A stretch of 64,000 nucleotides of DNA, taken from contig DATJFV010000046.1 in NCBI GenBank assembly GCA_035495435.1, forward strand, positions 24,072 to 88,071. Reading direction: 5' to 3'. The stretch's first letter is position 1. Each line of letters begins with the position of its first letter. A program made the translations under genes and the position numbers. Below, in pieces: positions 27,329 through 35,311 of the stretch. Source of the DNA: Pseudolysinimonas sp. (GTDB lineage Bacteria > Actinomycetota > Actinomycetes > Actinomycetales > Microbacteriaceae). Below the pieces are notes generated by a model that saw nothing but the letters and a program-made list of their open reading frames with translations, ran no database searches and was not told the origin of the DNA.

Positions 27329-27351
27329 AACAACCAATCCCTGGAGGTACC

Positions 27352-28773
27352 GTGCCCACGCGCCGCATCCCCTTCGTCCTCGCCGTACTGGCGACCGGCA
27401 TCCCGATGTTCATGGCCACCCTCGACAACCTGGTCATGACCAACGCACTTCCCGTCATCCACGCCGACCTCGGCGCGTCGGTCGAAGAGCTGCAGTGGTT
27501 CATCAACGCCTACACCCTGGTGTTCGCCAGCCTCATCCTGCTGACCGTCGCCCTCGGCGACCGGTTCGGTCGGCGCACCGTGTTCCTCGCCGGGATCGCC
27601 GTGTTCACCATCGCGTCGGTGTTCGCCGCGCTCAGCACCGACCCGGCCCAACTGATCGTCGCGCGTGCCATCCAGGGCATCGGCGGGGCCGGCATCATGC
27701 CGCTGTCGCTGTCGCTGCTCGCAGGCGCCGTCGAAGACCGCCGCCGGCCCCTCGCCATCGGCATCTGGGGCGGCATCGCCGGCCTCGGAGTCGCCGCCGG
27801 CCCGCTGATCGGCGGCTCGGTCGTCGAAGGCTGGAACTGGCAGGCGATCTTCTGGATCAACGTTCCCGTCGGCATCCTCGCCATCCCGTTCGCGCTGTGG
27901 GTGCTGCCCAACGCCTTCGGAGCCCGCGTGCGGCTCGACCTGGTCGGCGTCGCGCTCGCCGGACTCGGCGTCCTCGGCCTCGTCTACGGCATCGTGCGCG
28001 GCAACGACGCCGGCTGGGACTCGTTCGAAGTGCTCGGCGCGCTCATCGGCGGCGCCGTGCTGCTCGCCGCGTTCCTCGGCTGGGAGAGCCGGCACAGCTC
28101 GCCGCTGCTGCCGCTGCGCCTGTTCCGCGACCGCAGCTTCAGCATCGCCAACGTCGTCGGCTTCGGGTTCAGCTTCGGCATGTTCGGCGCGGTGTTCATC
28201 CTCATCCAGTACCTGCAGGTCGTCCAGGGCAGCAGTCCGCTCGAAGCCGCCATCCAGACCACGCCGTGGACGATGGCCCCCATGGTGATCGCCCCCATCG
28301 CCGGAGCGCTCATCCCCCGCATCGGCACGCGGCTGCCGATCGTCACCGGGCTCACCCTGCAGGCCGCCGGGCTGTTCTGGCTCGCCTCCACCATGGCCGA
28401 CGACACCCCCTACCTGACGATGCTGCCGGCCTTCATCGCCGCCGGGGTCGGCATGGCGCTGGTGTTCGCACCCTCCTCGACCGCGGTGCTGGCCAACCTC
28501 GACCCGCACGACACCGCCAAGGGCTCGGGCACCAACTCCACCCTGCGCGAGATCGGCGTCGCCCTCGGCATCGCCGTCCTGACCGCAGTGTTCACCGGTG
28601 CCGGCGGGCAGCTGACCCCCAGCGGGTACGTCGACGCCGCGATCCCGGCCATCGCGGTCGGCGGAGCGGTCCTGCTCGGCACCGCGGTGGTGGCGCTGTT
28701 CCTGCCGCACGGACGGACGCAGCGCACCACCCCGGTGGCGGTGGCCGAGGCGCCGGAGCTCGTCGGAGCCTAG
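27352..28773 (+). CDS. MFS efflux transporter, DHA2 (EmrB/QacA, 14-TM) type
   Basis: GTG start 5 nt after GGAGG. N-terminal MATLDNLVM...ALP motif and about 14 hydrophobic segments. Confidence 0.87.
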   Translation: MPTRRIPFVLAVLATGIPMFMATLDNLVMTNALPVIHADLGASVEELQWFINAYTLVFASLILLTVALGDRFGRRTVFLAGIAVFTIASVFAALSTDPAQLIVARAIQGIGGAGIMPLSLSLLAGAVEDRRRPLAIGIWGGIAGLGVAAGPLIGGSVVEGWNWQAIFWINVPVGILAIPFALWVLPNAFGARVRLDLVGVALAGLGVLGLVYGIVRGNDAGWDSFEVLGALIGGAVLLAAFLGWESRHSSPLLPLRLFRDRSFSIANVVGFGFSFGMFGAVFILIQYLQVVQGSSPLEAAIQTTPWTMAPMVIAPIAGALIPRIGTRLPIVTGLTLQAAGLFWLASTMADDTPYLTMLPAFIAAGVGMALVFAPSSTAVLANLDPHDTAKGSGTNSTLREIGVALGIAVLTAVFTGAGGQLTPSGYVDAAIPAIAVGGAVLLGTAVVALFLPHGRTQRTTPVAVAEAPELVGA

Positions 28774-28782
28774 GCTCGGACT

Positions 28783-29688
28783 GTGCGCATCGCAGTCCTC
28801 GGAGCAGGGGCGGTCGGCGGAACGCTGGCCGCCCTGCTCGCACATCACGGTCACCAGGTGGAGGTGACAGCGCGCGGTGAGCAGCTCGAGGCGCTCCGGA
28901 TGCAGGGGCTGCGTCTCGAGGGCGGCTGGGGCACATTCGCGGTGCGGGTGGAGGCCGGGGCGACGCTGACGACGCGGCCCGAGCTGGTGCTGCTGACCAC
29001 CAAGGCGCAGGATGCCGCGGACGCCCTGCGCGCTGAGGCTGCGGTGATCGAGGGGGTTCCCCTCGTCGTCGTGCAGAACGGCCTCGGCGGGCTGCGAGTC
29101 GCCCACGAGGTGCTGCCGGGCTCACCCCTGATCGGCGGGCTGGCGTTGTTCGCGGCGTCGTACCTCTCCCCCGGCACGGTGGAGGTCACGGGACCGAACC
29201 CGATCATCGTCGGCGCCGGGCCGGCCTGCGACCAGGCGACCCTGGCATCCGTCGCCGCCGTGCTGCGCGAGGTGCTGCCGGTCGAAGTCACCCCCGACAT
29301 CGCGGGGGCCCAGTGGACCAAGCTGCTCATCAATCACGTCAACGCACTGCCGGCGATCACCGGGCTGTCGGTGCAGCAGGTCGTGGGCGATCGCGGGCTG
29401 CTGCGGGTGATGACCGCCTCGATGCGCGAGACCGTGCGGGTGGCCCGTGCGCTCGGGGTGCGGTTCGGAACGGTTCAGGGGGTCTCGGGCGCGGTGCTGG
29501 GACTGATCGGTGTGGCTCCGCTCGCGCTCGGAGCCGCATTCCCGCGGCTGCTCGCCCGGCGCATGGGCGACGTGCCGAACCCCGGGTCGACGCTGCAGAG
29601 CATCCGGCGTGGGCGGCTGACCGAGATCGACTTCCTGAACGGGGCGGTGGTGGCCGCGGCCGCCGAGCGCGGGATGACACGCCGGTGA
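28783..29688 (+). CDS. 2-dehydropantoate 2-reductase (ApbA/PanE) family protein, C-terminally truncated by an apparent frameshift
   Basis: MRIAVLGAGAVGG Rossmann N-terminus. The family's conserved C-terminal helix (TPVNSALVDLVHEVE) is encoded in the next frame, 29673-29804. Confidence 0.8.
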   Translation: MRIAVLGAGAVGGTLAALLAHHGHQVEVTARGEQLEALRMQGLRLEGGWGTFAVRVEAGATLTTRPELVLLTTKAQDAADALRAEAAVIEGVPLVVVQNGLGGLRVAHEVLPGSPLIGGLALFAASYLSPGTVEVTGPNPIIVGAGPACDQATLASVAAVLREVLPVEVTPDIAGAQWTKLLINHVNALPAITGLSVQQVVGDRGLLRVMTASMRETVRVARALGVRFGTVQGVSGAVLGLIGVAPLALGAAFPRLLARRMGDVPNPGSTLQSIRRGRLTEIDFLNGAVVAAAAERGMTRR

Positions 29689-29787
29689 ACTCGGCACTGG
29701 TCGACCTGGTGCACGAGGTGGAGCGCACCGGACGCTTCGTCGCCCCCGACGAGGTGGTCGAGCGCGTGCCGGTCAGCAGGCGACCGG

Positions 29788-30420
29788 TCAGCAGGCGTCG
29801 GTAAGGATCTGCCGGGGGGACTCGGGATCGGTGTCGTCGACCACGATGGTCGCCTGGTCGCGCGGCTTCGTCTTCTCGTAGAGCGCCTGGGCCGCCGCAG
29901 TCACCGGATCGGGAGCCTCGGCGACCCCGTCGAGCCAGATCGACGCGTTCCACAGCCCGCGCAACTCGGGTCGGCCAAGGAACGGTCCGTCGAGGAGGAG
30001 CATCGCATCCGCCGGCCCGGACAGCCACTTCGGCTCGATCTGCCGACCGGCCGCCGCGTCCCAGGCGGCGGTCACGAAGCCGGTGCTGCCGTTCATTCGG
30101 AACGGCTCGAGCAGCACCCGGCGAAGCACCGAGTAGTCGTACGAGTCCTCGTACCGACCCACCGCCGAATCACGCCCCTGCGCTTCACGGTCGGCCCGCG
30201 CCCGCAGGAAGTCGTCCATCGACGCGCGGAACACCTCGATCCCGCGCTTGCGCAGCGCCTCGGCGAGGTCGTCGGCGAACGCACCGGTTCCCGCACCGGC
30301 GGCGCCCTCGACCGCCACGATGGTGCGGCCGCGACCGTAGTTGTGCTGCAGTTGCTCGGCGATGCTGTCCAGCACCGCCCGGCGCGACGGGGACCAGCGC
30401 ATGCTGCGGCTCGATGTCAT
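29788..30420 (-). CDS. uridine-kinase-like P-loop fold protein with degenerate Walker A
   Basis: Start set at ATG 30420 (MTSSRSMRW). GAAGAGTGAF sits where GxxGxGK[ST] is expected. Confidence 0.68.
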   Translation of the reverse strand: MTSSRSMRWSPSRRAVLDSIAEQLQHNYGRGRTIVAVEGAAGAGTGAFADDLAEALRKRGIEVFRASMDDFLRARADREAQGRDSAVGRYEDSYDYSVLRRVLLEPFRMNGSTGFVTAAWDAAAGRQIEPKWLSGPADAMLLLDGPFLGRPELRGLWNASIWLDGVAEAPDPVTAAAQALYEKTKPRDQATIVVDDTDPESPRQILTDAC

Positions 30421-30444
30421 GGGTCCCAGCGTACGGTGGCTGTC

Positions 30445-31020
30445 ATGACCGAGATCGTGCTGTTTCACCACGCCCAGGGGCTCACCGGCGGCCTCGTCGC
30501 ACTTGCCGATCGGTTGCAGTTCGCAGGGCACACCGTCCACCTGCCCGACGTCTACGGCGGCGCGACGTTCGCCGACCTCGAGTCGGGGCTCGACTACGCC
30601 GGCTCGGTGGGGTTCGACACTCTGCTCGAGCAGGCGGTGGCCGCGACCGAGGGTCTTCCGGCCGACGTGGTGTACCTCGGCGTCTCTCTCGGGGTGATGC
30701 CGGCGCAGCAACTCGCGCAGAATCGCGCGGGTGCTCGGGCGGCCGTACTCGTCGGCAGCGCGGTTCCCGCCGAGGCGTTCGGCTCCTGGCCCGCGGGCCT
30801 TCCGCTGCAGATCCACGGGATGGACGCCGACCCGATATTCGTCGGCGAGGGAGACATCGACGCCGCACGCGAGCTCGTCGCCGAGGCAGGCGCCGAGCTC
30901 TTCCTCTACCCCGGCGAGGGGCACCTGTTCGTCGACAACAGCCTGCCCGACTACGACGAGAACGCGACCGAACTGTTCCTCGAGCGCACGCTCGCACTGC
31001 TCGAGCGCGTGGGGCCGTGA
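30445..31020 (+). CDS. dienelactone hydrolase family protein
   Basis: Start at ATG 30445 (MTEIVLFHHAQG). Small alpha/beta-fold protein. GTGA overlap with mutY. Confidence 0.78.
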   Translation: MTEIVLFHHAQGLTGGLVALADRLQFAGHTVHLPDVYGGATFADLESGLDYAGSVGFDTLLEQAVAATEGLPADVVYLGVSLGVMPAQQLAQNRAGARAAVLVGSAVPAEAFGSWPAGLPLQIHGMDADPIFVGEGDIDAARELVAEAGAELFLYPGEGHLFVDNSLPDYDENATELFLERTLALLERVGP

Positions 31021-31892
31021 GTCTCGCCGACACCATCGCCGACTGGTACGAGCGGGGCCACCGCGACCTGCCGTGGCGAGCCGAAGGGTTTCCGGCGTGG
31101 GGCATCCTGATCTCGGAGTTCATGCTGCAGCAGACACCGGTCGCGCGGGTCATCCCCCGGCTCGCCGAGTGGCTCACCCGCTGGCCCACCCCGGCCGACC
31201 TCGCCGCCGTGCCACCGGGCGAGGCGGTGCGCGCCTGGGACCGGCTCGGCTACCCGCGGCGGGCGCTGGCCCTGCACGCCGCCGCGACCACCATCGCCGA
31301 GCGGCACGACAACGTCGTCCCGCACGATGTCGACGCGCTGCTCGCCCTGCCCGGAGTCGGTCCGTACACCGCGCGCGCGGTGGCCGCGTTCGCCTACGGG
31401 GTGCGCACCCCGGTCGTCGACATCAACGTCCGCCGCGTGCTGGCCCGTGCCGTCGAGGGTCGCGGCGAGCCGGGCCCGGCGCAGACCGCACGAGAGCTGG
31501 CGCTGATGGAGGAGCTCCTCCCCGTCGACGAGCACCGGGCGCGACTGCTCAACGCCGGGACGATGGAGCTCGGGCAGACGGTGTGCACCGCGCGAACACC
31601 GCACTGCGAGGCGTGCCCGATCGCGAGCGCGTGCGCGTGGCGGGCGGCGGGATATCCGCCGTACGCCGGCCCCGCGGCACCGCGCCAAAAGCCGTACGCC
31701 GGCAGCGATCGTGAGGTGCGGGGCCGCATCCTGCGCGAGTTGCGCGCCAGCGACACCGCCGTGCCCGCCGAAGCGATCGCGGCGCTCTGGCCGGATGCCG
31801 TGCAGCTCGAGCGGGCGCTCACCGGCCTGCTGCGCGACGGCCTCGTCACCGCAGACTCGGCCGGCGGCTACGAACTGCCGACGGGGCGGTAG
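31017..31892 (+). CDS. mutY: A/G-specific adenine DNA glycosylase
   Basis: GTG start. LPWR...WGILISEFMLQQT, the HhH-GPD motif LPGVGPYTARAV, and the 4Fe-4S cluster loop CTARTPHCEACPIASAC. Confidence 0.88.
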   Translation: MSLADTIADWYERGHRDLPWRAEGFPAWGILISEFMLQQTPVARVIPRLAEWLTRWPTPADLAAVPPGEAVRAWDRLGYPRRALALHAAATTIAERHDNVVPHDVDALLALPGVGPYTARAVAAFAYGVRTPVVDINVRRVLARAVEGRGEPGPAQTARELALMEELLPVDEHRARLLNAGTMELGQTVCTARTPHCEACPIASACAWRAAGYPPYAGPAAPRQKPYAGSDREVRGRILRELRASDTAVPAEAIAALWPDAVQLERALTGLLRDGLVTADSAGGYELPTGR

Positions 31893-32413
31893 CGCTCCGC
31901 CCGTGCTCCGGAGGCGAAGTCGGTGACATCGATGAGCTCCAGATCGATCAGCCGGCTGAGCCCCTGGAACAGCGTCGGCCCATGCCCGGCGAGCTTCGGG
32001 AACACCACGAACTCGTACTCGTCGATCAGACCCGCCTCGGCCATCGCCACCGGCAGTCGCACCCCACCGATGTAGAGGCTGCCGCCCGGCTGCTGCTTGA
32101 GCGCCCGCACCGCCTCGACCGGATCACCCTCAAGCTGCTCGGCGTTCCAGTTCGGGTCAGCGGCGAGGGTGCTCGAGACCAGATACTTCTTCGCCGGGTT
32201 GATGGTGTCGGCGAACGGCTGCAGCGACGCCGGGAACTCGCCCGGGTCGCGCCAGTACTCCATCAACTCGTACGTGGTGCGGCCGAAGATCAGGGCATCC
32301 GCTTGGCGGATCATCTCGGTCGCGTGCTGGTGCACCTCCTCGTCCGGCACGAACGCGGTGTGGCCGACGCAGCCGTCGAGAGTGACGTTGATCGAGTAAC
32401 GCAGCTGGCGCAT
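31868..32413 (-). CDS. dihydrofolate reductase family (RibD C-terminal domain) protein
   Basis: MRQLRYSINVTLDG...IFGRTTYE pattern. Its 3' end converges on and overlaps mutY. Confidence 0.83.
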   Translation of the reverse strand: MRQLRYSINVTLDGCVGHTAFVPDEEVHQHATEMIRQADALIFGRTTYELMEYWRDPGEFPASLQPFADTINPAKKYLVSSTLAADPNWNAEQLEGDPVEAVRALKQQPGGSLYIGGVRLPVAMAEAGLIDEYEFVVFPKLAGHGPTLFQGLSRLIDLELIDVTDFASGARAERYRPVGSS

Positions 32414-32439
32414 AGCCCGAGTGTGACAGGCTCGGAGTC

Positions 32440-33891
32440 GTGCCCACCACCCCGTTGCGACTCACGGCGGAGGCCGCGCACGACGAACTCGCCGCCCGGC
32501 TCGCGCAGTTGCCGGGCGAACTCGAACTCAGCCGCGAGTTCCCGCCCGAGGTGGAGGCCGAGGCGCAGCGGGTGGCGGCCGAGCGGCCGCTTCCGGATGC
32601 CGACCGCACCGACCTGGAGTTCGTCACGCTGGATCCTGAGGGGTCGAGCGATCTCGATCAGGCGTTCGCGATCGAACGCGACGGCTCAGGCTGGATCGTG
32701 TTCTACGCGATCGCCGATGTTCCGGCGTTCGTGGCCCCCGGCGGCGCGATCGATGCCGAAGCGCGCACCCGCGGACAGACGGTCTACGCGGCCGACGGCC
32801 GCATCCCGCTGCACCCGACCGTCATCAGCGAAGGGGCGGCATCGCTGCTGCCCGGCAAGGTGCGCGGAGCCTTCGTCTGGGAGCACCACCTCGCCGCCGG
32901 CGGAGAGGTGACCCGCACCCGCGTCGCCCGTGCCCGCATCCGCAGTCGCCGGCAGCTCGACTACCTCTCCGCCCAGTCCGATCTCGATCACCGCTCGGGC
33001 CCGGACGCCGCCCTGCTGGCCCACCTGCGCGAGGTCGGCCAGGCCCGCGTCGCTCTCGAGGCGCACCGCGGCGGAGCAAGTCTCTCGACCCCCGAGATCC
33101 TCGTGTCGATGCAGGACGGCCGCTACACCCTCGACCGCCGCGCGATGCTGCCGATCGAGACCTGGAACGCGCAGCTGTCACTGATGACCGGGATGGCGGC
33201 CGCTCAGATGATGCTCGACGGCGGCGTCGGGATCCTGCGGACCATGCCGCCCGCCGACGAGGGCGCGGTGGCCAAGTTCCGTCGGCAGACCCGGGCGCTC
33301 GGGGTGCCGTGGCCCGAGGGGCAGCGCTACGGCGACTACCTGCGCACCCTCGACGGCACCCTGCCGACCCACCTGGCGATCCTGCACGCGGCCGCCTCGC
33401 TGTTCCGCGGAGCCGGCTACACCCCGTTCGACGGCGCCCCGCCCACCGAGACGCTGCAGGCCGCGGTGGGAGCGCCGTACGCCCACGTCACCGCGCCGCT
33501 GCGGCGGCTCGTCGACCGCTTCGGCCTGGTGATCTGCGAGGCGCACTCGACCGGGGCCGACGTGCCGGCGTGGGCGCGCGAGGCGCTGCCCGAGCTGCCC
33601 AAGATCATGGCCCGCTCGTCGAACACCGCCAACCGACTCGACCGCATGACGCTCGACGCCGTCGAGGCGGCCCTGCTGGCCCCGCGGATCGGGGCCGAGT
33701 TCGACGCGGTCGTGCTGAGCGCGGGCGGCATGTCGGGGTCGAACAAGAACGACGGCGGCACGGTGCAGCTCACCGATCCGGCCGTCGAGGGTGTGTGCGA
33801 CGGCCACCTCGAGCCGGGAACCGATGTGCGCGTGCGGCTGGTGCAGGCCGATATCGCCACCGGCACCATCCGGTTCGTGCTGGCACAATGA
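32440..33891 (+). CDS. RNB-domain ribonuclease (RNase II/R family)
   Basis: DPEGSSDLDQAF aspartate cluster and ...HVTAPLRRLVD motif. Confidence 0.87.
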   Translation: MPTTPLRLTAEAAHDELAARLAQLPGELELSREFPPEVEAEAQRVAAERPLPDADRTDLEFVTLDPEGSSDLDQAFAIERDGSGWIVFYAIADVPAFVAPGGAIDAEARTRGQTVYAADGRIPLHPTVISEGAASLLPGKVRGAFVWEHHLAAGGEVTRTRVARARIRSRRQLDYLSAQSDLDHRSGPDAALLAHLREVGQARVALEAHRGGASLSTPEILVSMQDGRYTLDRRAMLPIETWNAQLSLMTGMAAAQMMLDGGVGILRTMPPADEGAVAKFRRQTRALGVPWPEGQRYGDYLRTLDGTLPTHLAILHAAASLFRGAGYTPFDGAPPTETLQAAVGAPYAHVTAPLRRLVDRFGLVICEAHSTGADVPAWAREALPELPKIMARSSNTANRLDRMTLDAVEAALLAPRIGAEFDAVVLSAGGMSGSNKNDGGTVQLTDPAVEGVCDGHLEPGTDVRVRLVQADIATGTIRFVLAQ

Positions 33892-33895
33892 CGGC

Positions 33896-34777
33896 ATGCC
33901 CGAGCTGCCGGAGGTGCAGGCGCTGGTCGCCGATCTGGGGTCGCGCCTGACCGGCGGGCGCATCGCCCGGCTCGATGTCACCGCCTTCGCGGCTCTCAAG
34001 ACCTACGACCCCGCGCCGTCGGTGCTGACCGGCGCGACAGTCACCGCCGTGACCCGCCACGGCAAGTTCCTGGACCTGACGGCGGTCGGTGCGGCGACCG
34101 AAGACAAGCCTGTGCACCTGATCATTCATCTTGCTCGGGCGGGTTGGCTGCGCTGGCGCGAGAACGCCCCCGCACCCGGATCCGGCCGCGGCAAGGGCCC
34201 GATCGCCGCCCGCCTGGTGCTGGACGACGGTTCGGGGTTCGACCTCACCGAGGCGGGCACGAAGAAGAGCCTGGCGATCTATGTCGTGCGCGATCCGGCG
34301 GAGGTGCCGGGGATCGCGAGATTGGGGCCCGACCCGCTGGAACCGGGGTTCACCGCCGACGTGCTCGCCGGCATCCTGAAACGCGCCGGGCGCTCACGCA
34401 TCAAAGGTGTGCTGCGCGACCAGTCGACGATCGCCGGGATCGGCAACGCCTACTCCGACGAGATCCTGCACGTGGCGAAGATGTCACCGTTCAAGGCGGC
34501 CGACATGCCGCCGGAGGACGTTCAGACCCTCTACGCCGCGATGCAGTCCACTCTGCGCGACGCGATCGCGCGGGCCGACGGCGTCTCGGCCAGCGAGTTG
34601 AAGGCCGAGAAGAAGTCGGGCCTTCGGGTGCATGGCCGCACGGGCGAACCGTGCCCGGTGTGCGGCGACACCGTGCGGCAGGTTATCTACAGCGACTCGA
34701 CGTTCCAGTACTGCCCCACCTGCCAGACCGGCGGCAAACCGCTCGCCGACCGGGTGCTGTCGCGCCTGCTGAAGTGA
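33896..34777 (+). CDS. Fpg/Nei family DNA glycosylase / AP lyase
   Basis: MPELPEV N-terminus. C-terminal zinc finger CPVCG...CPTCQ. Confidence 0.88.
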   Translation: MPELPEVQALVADLGSRLTGGRIARLDVTAFAALKTYDPAPSVLTGATVTAVTRHGKFLDLTAVGAATEDKPVHLIIHLARAGWLRWRENAPAPGSGRGKGPIAARLVLDDGSGFDLTEAGTKKSLAIYVVRDPAEVPGIARLGPDPLEPGFTADVLAGILKRAGRSRIKGVLRDQSTIAGIGNAYSDEILHVAKMSPFKAADMPPEDVQTLYAAMQSTLRDAIARADGVSASELKAEKKSGLRVHGRTGEPCPVCGDTVRQVIYSDSTFQYCPTCQTGGKPLADRVLSRLLK

Positions 34778-34846
34778 CCCCCGCGTCGGTCGTCGGTCGA
34801 GTAGCGCGAAGCGCATATCGAGACCACGCCCGAGGACGCGAGAGAT

Positions 34847-35293
34847 TCAGTCCTCGTCGGCCTCGTCGAGTTCGCGCGGCTTCACATACGGGTCGGCGTC
34901 GCCGGCGTACTGAGCGGATGCCGCCGCAGCCTGCGCCTCGGCGTCACGCTGGGCCGCCTCCCGCAGCAGCGAATCGATGGCGGCCGCGTTCTCGGGGATC
35001 GCGTCGGGGATGAACTCCAGTGTCGGCGTCAGCCGCGCCGTGATGTTCTTGCCCACCTCGGTGCGGAACATGCCTGTCGCCGCCTTCAGTGCCGCTGCCG
35101 AATCCGCCCGCTCCTGGTCGGTGCCATACACCGTGTAGAAGATGCTGGCGTGCTGCAGGTCGCCCGTCATCCGCACATCGGTGATGGTGACGAAGCCGAG
35201 GCGGGGATCGCGCAGCCCGCGTTCCAGCCGCTTCGCGACGATCTCGCGAATGCGGTCGGCCATCTTGGCCGCGCGATCACCCTGCCCTGGCAT
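34847..35293 (-). CDS. rbfA: ribosome-binding factor A
   Basis: RIREIVAKRLERGLRDPRLGFVTITDVRMTGDLQHASIFY. Confidence 0.93.
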   Translation of the reverse strand: MPGQGDRAAKMADRIREIVAKRLERGLRDPRLGFVTITDVRMTGDLQHASIFYTVYGTDQERADSAAALKAATGMFRTEVGKNITARLTPTLEFIPDAIPENAAAIDSLLREAAQRDAEAQAAAASAQYAGDADPYVKPRELDEADED

Positions 35294-35311
35294 CGTGTCA
35301 CCGGTGCGCGC

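Noticed and set aside
29313-29804. 163-aa ORF as an independent gene
   Set aside because: Only its last 40 or so residues look protein-like, and they match the missing C-terminus of the ketopantoate-reductase-family gene. I interpret it as the out-of-frame remainder of that gene.
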